Of a DNA stretch of 64,000 nucleotides, positions 8,752-18,634 are shown piece by piece. Below the pieces are notes generated by a model, which was not told the origin of the DNA, ran no database searches, and saw only the letters and a list, made by a program, of their open reading frames with translations. Position 1 is the stretch's first letter, and each line of letters opens with the position of its first letter. The translations under genes and the position numbers were made by a program. Source of the stretch: an uncultured Verrucomicrobiae bacterium (lineage in GTDB: Bacteria; Verrucomicrobiota; Verrucomicrobiia; Limisphaerales; Palsa-1400); NCBI GenBank assembly GCA_963764165.1, contig CAVXRD010000002.1, forward strand, positions 736,001 through 800,000. The letters are read 5' to 3'.

Positions 8752-10606
8752 AAGCTCGGGAGGTAATTTTAATATGGGTGGGAATGGGCGCTGCGCTCTC
8801 CAGCGCCAACTCAAAAGTTCGGCGCCCCGGATTCTCCGCGACCAAGGCAAAGCCCATGCGGGTATAAAAATCCCGCACCATCTCATTCTTGGCCGTAGGC
8901 AAATAGATGCCCTCAAGCCGGGTGCAATCTCTCTTCTTCGCCAATCGCACCAATTCATTGAGAACTTCTTCTTCGACCTGCCGTTTAAGAACCCGGCAGC
9001 TCATAAGCCATGTGTCGATCTCCAAAGTCGAGCCGGAGCGGTGCCCAACGACAATGGAAATCAGTCCGTGATCCCCAAAGCGATCCTTGAGACGGACTGA
9101 GAATCCAACATAATCAGGATCGAGCATGAGCGCCTCGATTTCGGCCTCGGTGCGGCGCCGGGTGGTCAAGTTGAATTGATTGCTCTTGTTGATGAGCTGC
9201 GCAAGCCGCGGAACATCGAGCTTCGTGAATTCGCTGATCGCCGCCTCCATCTCGAGCGACTTCAGATACGAATCCATGTCCGTCACGGAAGCTTCAAGCG
9301 CCTTGCGCTGGGCGTCAGAACGGTATTGGCCCGTGCGCTCGGCGTCCTCGGAAGTGATGCTGCGCGGCTCGAACAACCGGCAATCGGCCAGCTGGCTGAC
9401 GTAGCCGGCCGGGTCCGGTCCAAGCAGAATGGTCGTCACTTCCGGGGCAAACTGGCGCACAATTTCAATTTCGGCCGGGTTGTCATCCACGAACACAAAG
9501 CTATCCAGCCCCAGGTTCAATTCCGCCGCCATCCTCCGCAGATTGTCCGACTTGGGATCCCAGTTGGCCTTGAAGGAAACAATATCGCTCATCCGCAAAA
9601 TCATTTCAGGATGTTTCTCAAACGCTTCCGCCGCCCTGGCATGGTCATTCTTGCTCACGACGGCCAGCAAGACGCCGCGCTGTTGAAGCGAGGCGATGTA
9701 TTTCTGAAATGCTTTGAACGCTTCGCCGCGCGGAGAGGTATCGCCCAGTTCAATGCCCTCCAGTCCATCATCCGCCACCACGCCGCCCCAGAGGGTGTTA
9801 TCCAAATCAAGCGCCAGCACTTTCTTGGGCGAGCGTTTGAGCGAGGCAATCAGATGGGCCGTTTCACGCGCAAATTCCACCAGCAACGCCGAGGAGCAAG
9901 GCTGTTTGCTTTCGAACCAGCCGCGCTCATCGCGCGCGTTCAAGCCGCCGCAGCGATTCGCCAAAAATTCCAGGTCGCACATGTGGACGTAGGCCGGGGC
10001 GTTGAGCCCCAGCTCCATGTTGACCCATTTGCGGAAATTCCAATCCGAACCCATCGTTCTTCCCCGGAACGCGCCCAGGTCATGGTGGGCGGGCAAAATG
10101 AAATTGGAAACGATCACCTCAGCGCCCGTCCGATTATGAGCCTGCCGGGCCAGCTCCAGAATTGACTGCGCCACCTGGCTGGCGGCGGCTTGCTGCGCTT
10201 CCCGCGAATCCGTCAGGCGCCCCTGATAGCGGCACCTCTGCTCGGAGGGCATCAGCAAAACAACTTCCGGCGCAAAAGAATAAAGGCCGCTGGCCTCATC
10301 CATGATTTCAGAAATATAGTTGTCAAAATCGCCCCGCCAAAACTCGCAGGGAGTCCCCTGCATCTCGCACAAGTGCTCGAGCAATTCGTGGAAGGGATAA
10401 AGACTGTAACCGCCCACGATGGCCAATTTTAACTGCTTTCGCAAAGGTGTCGGCCGGGCAATTTCGCGCGAGTAGGCCTTTTTCCGCCAATTCGACAACG
10501 AAAACAGTTCGTCAAAATATTTTGCCGTGCGGGTGTAATCTTCCAGGCAGCCCCAAACCGCAGGATCGCGCTGCAAAAGAAGGGTTTTGATGTTGCCTAT
10601 TTCCAT
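8738..10606 (-). CDS. FkbH-like HAD-IIIC glyceryl transferase/phosphatase
   Basis: DLDNTLWGG, SKN, NWDPKS, FVDDNP.E, KSNQFNLT, WLMSCRV (acyl-carrying Cys). Confidence 0.95.
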   Translation of the reverse strand: MEIGNIKTLLLQRDPAVWGCLEDYTRTAKYFDELFSLSNWRKKAYSREIARPTPLRKQLKLAIVGGYSLYPFHELLEHLCEMQGTPCEFWRGDFDNYISEIMDEASGLYSFAPEVVLLMPSEQRCRYQGRLTDSREAQQAAASQVAQSILELARQAHNRTGAEVIVSNFILPAHHDLGAFRGRTMGSDWNFRKWVNMELGLNAPAYVHMCDLEFLANRCGGLNARDERGWFESKQPCSSALLVEFARETAHLIASLKRSPKKVLALDLDNTLWGGVVADDGLEGIELGDTSPRGEAFKAFQKYIASLQQRGVLLAVVSKNDHARAAEAFEKHPEMILRMSDIVSFKANWDPKSDNLRRMAAELNLGLDSFVFVDDNPAEIEIVRQFAPEVTTILLGPDPAGYVSQLADCRLFEPRSITSEDAERTGQYRSDAQRKALEASVTDMDSYLKSLEMEAAISEFTKLDVPRLAQLINKSNQFNLTTRRRTEAEIEALMLDPDYVGFSVRLKDRFGDHGLISIVVGHRSGSTLEIDTWLMSCRVLKRQVEEEVLNELVRLAKKRDCTRLEGIYLPTAKNEMVRDFYTRMGFALVAENPGRRTFELALESAAPIPTHIKITSRAYESI

Positions 10607-10841
10607 TTATTTCAATGAGTTTTTCGCGATTAACGAGCAAGACAGTCTCGCTCTGACGCTATCAATCGGCAAACCACGGCGCAAGTTCATTCGCCGTGAA
10701 ATGCCGTGATTTCCGGCGCCAAAAAATTCAAACAGGAGCAAGACCCAGGGCGCGGAGGTGGAAAATCAAGAAGGGATTTTTTCCCTGCGCTCTCGGTTTT
10801 TCTCCCTGTTTATTTTCAAAGGCCCGGGGCCGATTCAATCC

Positions 10842-13838
10842 TCATTGCTGCATGACACGGTAGAAGAGACGATTGCTCACGCCGCTGCCGCTGTCGGTAA
10901 AATTGAAAAAAGGGCCGCTGAACACGGCGGATGGGATGCCGCTCCAATGGATGAGATCGGTCGAGGATTGCACAACGTAATTCGTGCCCGCAACGGCGTT
11001 GGTGACTGAGAAGTGAATCGGTCCATGCGGCGGGCCGCCGAGAGAATCGGCGACAATCGTCGGCGGCTGGTAGAAAAAGAGGGAAATGACAATGTTTCCA
11101 CCCGGACTGTTCGCCGCGCCGTCGACGTCAATGTGGTAGGCGGTGTTCACCGTGACAGGGAAATCGACATGGCTTGTGAACGTGTTGTGGAGGTTGGCGT
11201 CGAAGGACGCGACAGCAGTCAAATCGTCGAGCGCGAAGCCGGTAAAAACGGCCATGCGATTGTAGAAATCGCTGGTGACATTGACGCGCAGCCATCCGTT
11301 GGTCGGCGCGGTCCAAACCCACCAAACCGTGCGGCCCGCCGCCGGCGCGTAATCGACGATGCCGACGTTGGCGCCGAGGAGCGGTTCACCCGGCTCGGCG
11401 GAGGCATCGACGTTGTTGTTGGTGCCCGAGGCGATGTATCCGCTCAGGACGGCCGCGTTGGAGAAGCTGTCGCTGGCCGGAGGCGTGCCGGTGCCGATAT
11501 TTAAATTGATCGTGCCGGAGGCTGCGTTGTAGCCGAGCACGGCGATGTGATACGTAACTCCCGCCTGGGCAAGAATAGGCAAAACGCTGTTGGTTGGATT
11601 GGCGACGGGCGCACCGACACCGCCCAAGGTTGCCAGCGTGTCGTTGGTGAAAACTTCGAGGTCGGTAAAGAACGAACTGCCGAGCGTGCTGATGACCACG
11701 TTGCCACTGACGGGCGCAGTCCAACTCCACCACACCGAGCGGTCAGCCCCGTAATCGGACGGCTCGCCCGGCTCAAGGGTGGTGTTGGTGTTGGAGCCCG
11801 TGGCGCTGACGGGAAATCCTGTCAAAACAATACTGTCCGCAAAGTCATCGTTGGGCGGCTGCGAGAATGTCAGGGTCAATGAGATGCTGCCCACAGACGA
11901 ATTCTCGCCATCGACGGAAATCTGGTAGGTTGTCCCGGCGCTGACAGGGAAACGGACATCTTCAGCAGTGACCTGCGCATTGGCGTCGTAGTTGGAGGCC
12001 ACCGTCTGAAGTGTGGCCAGCGTGTTGTTATTGTAGACGGAGATCAATGGGCTGATGCCGCTGTAGGCGCCCGAAACCTCGAGCTTGCCGTTGGCCGGAG
12101 CCGTCCACGACCACCAGAGAGAATGAGCGGCGGGAGCATTGCCGTGCGGGGGCTCGCCGGGCTCCGCGGTGGCGGCGGAATTGTTAGCTTGAACGGTCAT
12201 GCGCGCCTCGGAGAGAGCAACACGATTGGCGTAATTGTCATTGCCGTTGATCGATCCCGTTTCGCTGAATTCAGCCAGCAGCGCGTCGGACCAGCCATCA
12301 CCGTAAATCGGTTGGAAGGCATCGGGTGTCGTGGGATAATACGCTGCGAATGAATACGGCGAATCGATGGCCAGCCCGGTAGAGCCAATAACAAAGACAT
12401 TGCCATTGCCAACGCAGGCCACGCCGCCGCAGCCGACCTGATAACTGTTGGCCAGATACCGAAGATAAAGATTGGTGGAACCTGTCGGATCGAGCTTTGA
12501 GACGTAGGCGGCGAAATTGCCTGAAAGCGTGTTGGCGGGGTCTGTTCCCACCGGCGCATCGTAAGACGACGATTGTCCGCAGACATACGCGTTGCCGGAA
12601 GGATCCAGCGCCAACCCGGCGAGGGTCGGGTAGATGTAGCCCTGGGACGCATACACCGGTTCGCGCATGTCCTCCGAGCCGCTGCCGCCGAGATAGGTCG
12701 CGTAGCGCAATGTCGTTCCTGTGGGATCGAGTTTCGCAACGAAAGCGTCCCAATTTCCGCCGCCGTAATTTGGCTGCGGGGCGTTGGTCGTGACGGGAAA
12801 ATTCGTCGCGGACGTCTGGCCAAAAATGCAAGCGCCGCCCGCCGAATCAACCGCTACGCAGGCCGCGATGCTGGCCGCGAGATCATCGCCCGGATCGGAG
12901 CTGAGGCCGTCGCCCAGCAGCGTTACATACTGCAGCGTCCCGAAGCCGGGAGAAAGTTTGGCGATGAAGGCTTTCGTCGGTCCGTTGGTTCCGATTTGAG
13001 TAAAGGCGGCGGCGGCCGGGAGATTGGTCGACGAGGTCTGTCCCGCGATAAATACGTTGCCGGACACATCCAATGTCATGCCCATCCCAAAATCGTCGCC
13101 CTCGCCTCCCAGGAAAGTCGATGACAGCAGATGCGATCCCGTGGCATCGAACTTTGTGAGGAACATGTCGAAACCGCCGCCGAGATTCGTTTGCAACGCG
13201 TCCGGCGTCACAGGGAAATTGGTCGAGTCCGTCGAGCCAAAGACAATCGCCTCACCATTGGAATTGACCGCGATGGCGCGCGCGGCGTCCGCGCCTGATC
13301 CTGAAAGGTAGGTGCAGTAAGCGAGACTCGTTCCGTCCGCGCTGAGTTTCGCGACGAACGCCTCCAGATTGCCCCCAAGGCCGTTAACCTGAAAGGCGTT
13401 GGTCGTCGGCAAGAGGTCTCCGGCGGTGCCGGCGATATAGGCGCAGCCCGCAGCGTCCACCACAATGGCTCGGGCGCTGCACCATGGAACCAGTGTGATG
13501 TAGGAAAACGCCTTGGTTGTTGGATTGAACTTGGCGACAAACGAACCCTGGGTGGCGTTCGTTCCCAAATAGCCGCTCGCGATACGGGCCGTAAATGGGA
13601 AATTCGTGGCCGATGACGAATAGCCTGTCAAATAAACAAACCCATCCGGCCCCGTGGTGATGGCCGCGCCGGTTTCACCGTTATCCCCGGGCGTGCCGCC
13701 CCCGAGGTAAGTTGAGTAGGCCAGGGCCGGCATCGTGGCGTTTTGGGCCTGGATCGGATGCGTGGGCGCAGCGCTGGCGAAAACCGCCAAGGCGAGAGCG
13801 GCAATTTGTCGTGGGCGGTAAATGGGAGCCAAAGCCAT
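10842..13838 (-). CDS. Secreted SBBP-repeat (beta-propeller) surface protein with three repeated beta-sandwich domains
   Basis: Signal peptide; repeated YSTYLGG / DAFVAKL / G.T.STNFP units; three 'ND.F.N...EPGEP...SVWW.WTAP' domains; C-terminal QSSTDLIHW...FTD...FYRV. Start codon uncertain. Confidence 0.85.
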   Translation of the reverse strand: MALAPIYRPRQIAALALAVFASAAPTHPIQAQNATMPALAYSTYLGGGTPGDNGETGAAITTGPDGFVYLTGYSSSATNFPFTARIASGYLGTNATQGSFVAKFNPTTKAFSYITLVPWCSARAIVVDAAGCAYIAGTAGDLLPTTNAFQVNGLGGNLEAFVAKLSADGTSLAYCTYLSGSGADAARAIAVNSNGEAIVFGSTDSTNFPVTPDALQTNLGGGFDMFLTKFDATGSHLLSSTFLGGEGDDFGMGMTLDVSGNVFIAGQTSSTNLPAAAAFTQIGTNGPTKAFIAKLSPGFGTLQYVTLLGDGLSSDPGDDLAASIAACVAVDSAGGACIFGQTSATNFPVTTNAPQPNYGGGNWDAFVAKLDPTGTTLRYATYLGGSGSEDMREPVYASQGYIYPTLAGLALDPSGNAYVCGQSSSYDAPVGTDPANTLSGNFAAYVSKLDPTGSTNLYLRYLANSYQVGCGGVACVGNGNVFVIGSTGLAIDSPYSFAAYYPTTPDAFQPIYGDGWSDALLAEFSETGSINGNDNYANRVALSEARMTVQANNSAATAEPGEPPHGNAPAAHSLWWSWTAPANGKLEVSGAYSGISPLISVYNNNTLATLQTVASNYDANAQVTAEDVRFPVSAGTTYQISVDGENSSVGSISLTLTFSQPPNDDFADSIVLTGFPVSATGSNTNTTLEPGEPSDYGADRSVWWSWTAPVSGNVVISTLGSSFFTDLEVFTNDTLATLGGVGAPVANPTNSVLPILAQAGVTYHIAVLGYNAASGTINLNIGTGTPPASDSFSNAAVLSGYIASGTNNNVDASAEPGEPLLGANVGIVDYAPAAGRTVWWVWTAPTNGWLRVNVTSDFYNRMAVFTGFALDDLTAVASFDANLHNTFTSHVDFPVTVNTAYHIDVDGAANSPGGNIVISLFFYQPPTIVADSLGGPPHGPIHFSVTNAVAGTNYVVQSSTDLIHWSGIPSAVFSGPFFNFTDSGSGVSNRLFYRVMQQ

Positions 13839-13896
13839 AGATATTAAGCATGGGCAAAACGAGATTGCACTGTCAATTGATAAGCAACGAACGTGT

Positions 13897-14066
13897 CGGG
13901 TGTGAGACAAAGCTCTTCATCCCGCTTTGTCTCCCAGCGCCGTAGAGGCGGGAAACCTTTGTAGAAACGATTACCAAGAGATTTCAAGCTCTCCGTCAGG
14001 AGCGGCACCTGCCGCGCCTCTGGCGCTTGGCGGCTATGCGGCATGAGGAATTCCGTCTCACACCCG
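13897..14066. repeat. Inverted-repeat bounded REP/MITE-like element
   Basis: CGGGTGTGAGAC (13897) and GTCTCACACCCG (ends 14066) form a perfect 12-bp inverted pair. The GTCTCACA/TGTGAGAC motif recurs at 15410-15469 and near 49064. Confidence 0.45.
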
Positions 14067-14265
14067 TTCTTCGGCACGAATCCCACTTTTTAGCAGCGCC
14101 ATTATATCACGTTCCAGCTATAACTCTGCTAACCTGGCCAAATCGGATATGCACCCGCGAAGTGCCATCTGAACATGCGCAAACTTTCTCCTTGCCTCCA
14201 AGTCGGTGCGCCTTTCATGCTGCCACCTAACTTCAAGCTGAACGCTTTGACTCGTTGCCAATGGA

Positions 14266-14697
14266 ATGGAAACCGCGCGCATTATTGATTTTGCCAATAT
14301 CTCCGAAGGGTCGGAATACGAGCACGACTACGTCATCACCACCGCGGTATTCGAGAATTTCATGCGCGCCTTCGGGGATCGCAGCCCGGTGCATGTCGAC
14401 GCCGAATATGCCAGAGGGTGCGGCTTTCTCGACGCGGTCATGCACGGTGCGATATTGAATGGGTTTGTATCGCATTTTGTCGGCATGATTTTTCCCGGCG
14501 CCAACAGCCTGCTCCTGTCCGTCGAGCTGCGCTATTTGCAGCCGTCCTACCTGGGGGATGCTTTGCGTCTCCATGCGAAGGTCGCACAGAGGCAGGAAAC
14601 GGCCCGCGTTGTCGTCCTTCACGTCCGATTTCAAAATCACACGCGCGGCGTTATGGTTGCCAACGGGCGCATCCAAGTGAAAGTCAGGGGAGCGTGA
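14266..14697 (+). CDS. MaoC/PaaZ-type hot-dog fold dehydratase
   Basis: FGDRSPVHVD..YA, VMHGAI, FPG, LRYLQP.Y.GD motifs. Confidence 0.9.
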   Translation: METARIIDFANISEGSEYEHDYVITTAVFENFMRAFGDRSPVHVDAEYARGCGFLDAVMHGAILNGFVSHFVGMIFPGANSLLLSVELRYLQPSYLGDALRLHAKVAQRQETARVVVLHVRFQNHTRGVMVANGRIQVKVRGA

Positions 14698-15404
14698 GCC
14701 GCCACACTGTCATTATCACGGGGGGCACCAAAGGCCTTGGACTGGCCACCGGCCTCGCATTTGCCCGCGCGGGGCACAGGGTCATTGCCTGGTACGCAAA
14801 GGACGAGGTGGCAGCCGAATCGGCCCGGACAGAACTGCTCCAACTCTGTCCTGATTCCCTCACACTGAAGCGCGACGCCCGGTTCGAGAACGCTGATTTT
14901 TGGACCCTTCCGGAAATCACGTCGGCCGAGAGCCTCGTTTTGATCAACAATGCCTGGGGTTCGGTCGCACCCCGCCCGTTCCATCTATCGCCGTGGGAAG
15001 ACTGCGAATCCGCTTTGATGTCTGGATTGAAAGCGGGTTGGGAATGTTCCCGGGCGGTGGTGCGTCCGATGGCCAAAGCGGGCCGGGGAGCCATCATCAA
15101 CGTGCTGACGACCACAGTGCATGGGCTTCCGCCGAAGGGATTCGCCGCCTACGCCACCGCCAAACACGCCCTGCGCGGCTTGACGCTCTCGCTCGCCTCC
15201 GAGTATTCGGCACGGGGAATTCGCATCTTTTCAGTTTCACCCGGCCTCATGCCGACGGCCCTCACCGCGGGCTGGGATCCGCGATTCATGGAGGCGGCGC
15301 GCCAGCTCGGGCAAACCAGCGACCCGTCTGCGGCCGGGCAACGGATTCTTGAATTGACCAATTCGCCGGAGACACTCGGGCGCGGTGAGGATTATTGCGT
15401 TTAG
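14694..15404 (+). CDS. Short-chain dehydrogenase/reductase (FabG-like)
   Basis: ITGGTKGLG, LINNA, YATAK catalytic motif, SPG. GTG start overlaps the MaoC stop (GTGA). Confidence 0.88.
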   Translation: MSRHTVIITGGTKGLGLATGLAFARAGHRVIAWYAKDEVAAESARTELLQLCPDSLTLKRDARFENADFWTLPEITSAESLVLINNAWGSVAPRPFHLSPWEDCESALMSGLKAGWECSRAVVRPMAKAGRGAIINVLTTTVHGLPPKGFAAYATAKHALRGLTLSLASEYSARGIRIFSVSPGLMPTALTAGWDPRFMEAARQLGQTSDPSAAGQRILELTNSPETLGRGEDYCV

Positions 15405-15500
15405 TGTCGTGTCTCACAGTTTCATGGCACCGCACGGGAGCGGTTCACCCATTCGAGGCGTGTGAGACAACATGGGCGGGATTTCTCTGCCATAACCCCA

Positions 15501-15536
15501 AAAAACAAAACGAGCGACATGGGGTCGCTCGTTTTG
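15501..15536 (-). terminator. Intrinsic terminator downstream of wzc (probably bidirectional)
   Basis: CAAAACGAGCGAC-ATGGG-GTCGCTCGTTTTG 13-bp stem followed by a T run on the minus strand, between convergent genes. Confidence 0.75.
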
Positions 15537-15581
15537 CGGAAATGCATTCCCGATTAAGGGCGCATCAAGGTTGGCTCGCGC

Positions 15582-17774
15582 CTACGCTTTGACGGAGGTC
15601 TTTTCGGCCCCCTTTTCTGAAGTCTTCTTTTCCTCTTTGCTGCCGTAGTGGCCGTAGCCGTAACCGTGGTAGTAAGAGTAGTAGTACGCGCCTCCCAGAC
15701 GGCGATGCGGGAGCAGATTCAAAACCACCCCGCTCAACGGGGCGCCGGCCCGCTTAAGCAATTGCACGGCGCGCTCCACACCTTTGCGGGAGGTCTTGTA
15801 ACCGTGAACCACCAGCATGACGGTCTGGACTCTGTCGGCCAGCAAAAGAGTGTCGCTGACCGGAAGGACTGGCGCGGTGTCAATAATGACGCGGTCGTAG
15901 TGGGCCAGGCAGTCCTTGAGCAATTGGGTGAAATCAACCTGAGAGAGCAATTCCGATGGGTTTGGAACGGACGTGCCGCTGGGCATCCAGCTAAATTTGG
16001 CGATTTCACCGTGCTGGATGCATACTTCCTCCAGCTTTTTCCGGCCCAATAAATAATCAGTCACACCGGGGAGGATGTGACGCTTGTCGGTGAAAAAGTT
16101 TTCCACCATCGGACGGCGCAAATCCATGTCGATCAGCAGAACGCGAAGCCCCTGCTGGGCCAGGCTGGCGGAAAAATTCAACGCGGTAAACGTTTTGCCT
16201 TCGCCTGGCAGTGAGCTGGTGAAAAGATATGTCCGGCGATCCTTCTCTTTTCCGAGCATGGAAACAGTCGCGCGCAGCGTGCGAAACACTTCTGCGCCGG
16301 ATGAATTGGAGTCGCCGGAGGCCACCAATTTGGCCCCCTCTTTGGGCAGCTTTGGAACCGTCCCCAACACGGGCAGTGCGAGATACTGCTCCACTTCGTC
16401 CACCGTCCTGAACGAGGTGTTCATGGCCGATAGCATAAAGCTTAGGCCAAACCCAAGCGCGAATCCGCCGAAGATCGCCAGGGCAAAAATGGCCTTGATC
16501 TTGGGCGAGGCTGGCAATTCAGGAATCAACGCCGGCTGAACCAGCTTGATGCGTTCAGGAGTGATTTTTTCCGCCACGGAGGTTTCGCCAAGGCGCTTGT
16601 AGAGCGCGTCGTATTGAAGCTTGTTCGCTTCAACCTGCCGGACGAGCACGTTATACTGCACCGCGGCATCGCTCAATTGCATCGCATTGCTTTCCGCGCT
16701 CTTTTCCTCGAGTTCCAAACCTTCCTTGGCGGTCTTGGCATTTTCGTAAGCAATCCGCAGGCCTTCTTGCGTCCGCGCCCGCGCGCGCAGCACGGTGGTG
16801 GCCAGTTGAGCCTTCAGCGCCTTCACCGATTCAGCAGCCTGGATATATTTCGGATGCTTTTCCTTATAGCGAAGACGGATCAACACAAACGAGTCCTCAG
16901 CGCGCTGAACTTCGCTGGAAGTTTGGACCACATCCGGATCAGTTGAAATCTGCGAATAAGCCATCAACGCCTCGATGTTGGTCGACATCTTCATCGCGTC
17001 ATTGTAAGCGCCCTCAGCTTGAACAAACGCGGCTTTGCTTTGGGTCAGGCGAGCACTGATGTTTTGCAATTGCGGGGTGACGATGTTCTGGTTTTCCTGC
17101 AGCGAGATGGTGCCATTCGTCCTCCGATAGTTTTGCAGATTCGTTTCCGACATTTCCAATGTCGCGCGGGCTTTGTCTGCCTCAAGCTTTAGAAACCCGC
17201 TCGCTCCGATGGTGGTGGCGCGCTGCATGGAGGCATCCTGCCCGAGATAGCTGTCCACCAAAGAGTTTGCCAGATCCGCAGCCAGGGCAGGACTCGTGTT
17301 TCGCACAGCAATATCAATCAAGCGAGTATTCCGGCGCAGCGTGGTTTTGACGTTTTTCGAAAACTCTGTGATGATTTCCTCGCGCGACACGATATTGGAT
17401 CCGTTGGTCACAGCATAGCCTTGCGCCGGGAGCAGATGATTGGTGATCAAAACCTGTTCCAGCAGCACAGGGTTGCAAAGCTTTTGAACAATGGTGTTCA
17501 AGACGTCCTGGCTTTGGGCGTCCGCATGCACGACAGCTTCGGCATCCATGATCTTGGCGTCCTGTTGTTCCACTTGAACCGTGCTCACCGCCTCATAGAT
17601 TCGGGTGGCGTGCTTGACGTAGAGCGCAGCGGCCACGACACAAAGGACAACGCAGGTCAGGATCAACCAGCCTTTATCCAGAAGCAGCCGCACCACCCCA
17701 TGCAAGTCCATGGACGAATGCGGCGTGCGAGCCTCCTGCTGTGGATTAAGGTCGAGAGGGTCGAGATTTGTCAT
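15582..17774 (-). CDS. wzc: Polysaccharide co-polymerase / tyrosine autokinase (Wzc/GumC)
   Basis: Two TMs around a coiled periplasmic domain; TSSLPGEGKT Walker A, LLIDMDLRRP, IIDTAP; Tyr-rich tail YYYSYYHGYGYGHY. Confidence 0.95.
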   Translation of the reverse strand: MTNLDPLDLNPQQEARTPHSSMDLHGVVRLLLDKGWLILTCVVLCVVAAALYVKHATRIYEAVSTVQVEQQDAKIMDAEAVVHADAQSQDVLNTIVQKLCNPVLLEQVLITNHLLPAQGYAVTNGSNIVSREEIITEFSKNVKTTLRRNTRLIDIAVRNTSPALAADLANSLVDSYLGQDASMQRATTIGASGFLKLEADKARATLEMSETNLQNYRRTNGTISLQENQNIVTPQLQNISARLTQSKAAFVQAEGAYNDAMKMSTNIEALMAYSQISTDPDVVQTSSEVQRAEDSFVLIRLRYKEKHPKYIQAAESVKALKAQLATTVLRARARTQEGLRIAYENAKTAKEGLELEEKSAESNAMQLSDAAVQYNVLVRQVEANKLQYDALYKRLGETSVAEKITPERIKLVQPALIPELPASPKIKAIFALAIFGGFALGFGLSFMLSAMNTSFRTVDEVEQYLALPVLGTVPKLPKEGAKLVASGDSNSSGAEVFRTLRATVSMLGKEKDRRTYLFTSSLPGEGKTFTALNFSASLAQQGLRVLLIDMDLRRPMVENFFTDKRHILPGVTDYLLGRKKLEEVCIQHGEIAKFSWMPSGTSVPNPSELLSQVDFTQLLKDCLAHYDRVIIDTAPVLPVSDTLLLADRVQTVMLVVHGYKTSRKGVERAVQLLKRAGAPLSGVVLNLLPHRRLGGAYYYSYYHGYGYGHYGSKEEKKTSEKGAEKTSVKA

Positions 17775-17823
17775 ATAATGTCTGCGTATATCGGCAATTG
17801 CGGTTCAATAATAATGCTCAAGC

Positions 17824-18444
17824 TCAAAACACCTTCTCCGGGATATCGATAATGTCATCCGGCTGAATCTCGAAGGGCTTCTCTTTCGAATTCTTCGACA
17901 TTTTATCCGCATCCAAGGTATAGACTTTTTGCTGGCCGTTTTCTTTACGGCGAACCTTGACGGCCTTCGGGGAGCCAATGCGGGAATAACCGCCAGCCGT
18001 GGCAATCGCCTCCAGCAAATTCACCGGCCGGTTCGGGGGAAAATTGTAAACCCCGGGTTTTGTGACATTCCCCATGACAGAGTATTGGCGTTCCGCATAG
18101 TGCTCCACCAAAAGGTTGACTTGCGGGTTGACCAGATAATCCTTGCCGTATAAATCTTGGATGCGCTGGCGCGCCTCGCTCGCCGTCAACCCATCGACGC
18201 TGACTTGGCCCAGAAGCGGAAGCATGACCAGGCCCTTCTTGTCAATAGTCGTTTTAATCGCCAAGTCCTCCTCCTGATAAACGCTTATGGCGATGACGTC
18301 GTTTGGACTGAGCTTCCGATCTGCTTCCACCGCCGGGGCAGCGGGGGCTGATTGATCTTTGGGATCAGCAAAAAGCGTTGTGGACCAGATACTTCCAACG
18401 GAAACAAATGCAAATACTCCGATTCTGAGAATACGCGAAATCAT
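17824..18444 (-). CDS. wza: Polysaccharide biosynthesis/export protein (Wza-like, Poly_export + SLBB)
   Basis: LSPND.I.I.VYQE.DL, G...LPLLG.V...GLT, PQV, V.G.V.KPG.Y, LLEAIA.AGG. Confidence 0.9.
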   Translation of the reverse strand: MISRILRIGVFAFVSVGSIWSTTLFADPKDQSAPAAPAVEADRKLSPNDVIAISVYQEEDLAIKTTIDKKGLVMLPLLGQVSVDGLTASEARQRIQDLYGKDYLVNPQVNLLVEHYAERQYSVMGNVTKPGVYNFPPNRPVNLLEAIATAGGYSRIGSPKAVKVRRKENGQQKVYTLDADKMSKNSKEKPFEIQPDDIIDIPEKVF

Positions 18445-18634
18445 AGATAAACAACTAACAGCGTGGAATTATATACGCCGCGCGGATTATAGCAAGTTTT
18501 TTCTTACTCTCTTACCCGTGTTTTCCCTAGTGCCGATACCCCATATTAATTTCCCCGAGAAAACAACGGACCTGCTGGGCGGACGAGGTGCCGCGGTAAG
18601 CAAATTGTTTCCTTCAATTGGGCTCCTCAACCGG

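Noticed and set aside
6093..15404. Polyketide/NRPS biosynthetic cluster
   Set aside because: FkbH, ACP, DH-like and KR-like genes are present, but no ketosynthase or condensation domain; the MBOAT/SGNH/EPS context points to glycan acylation
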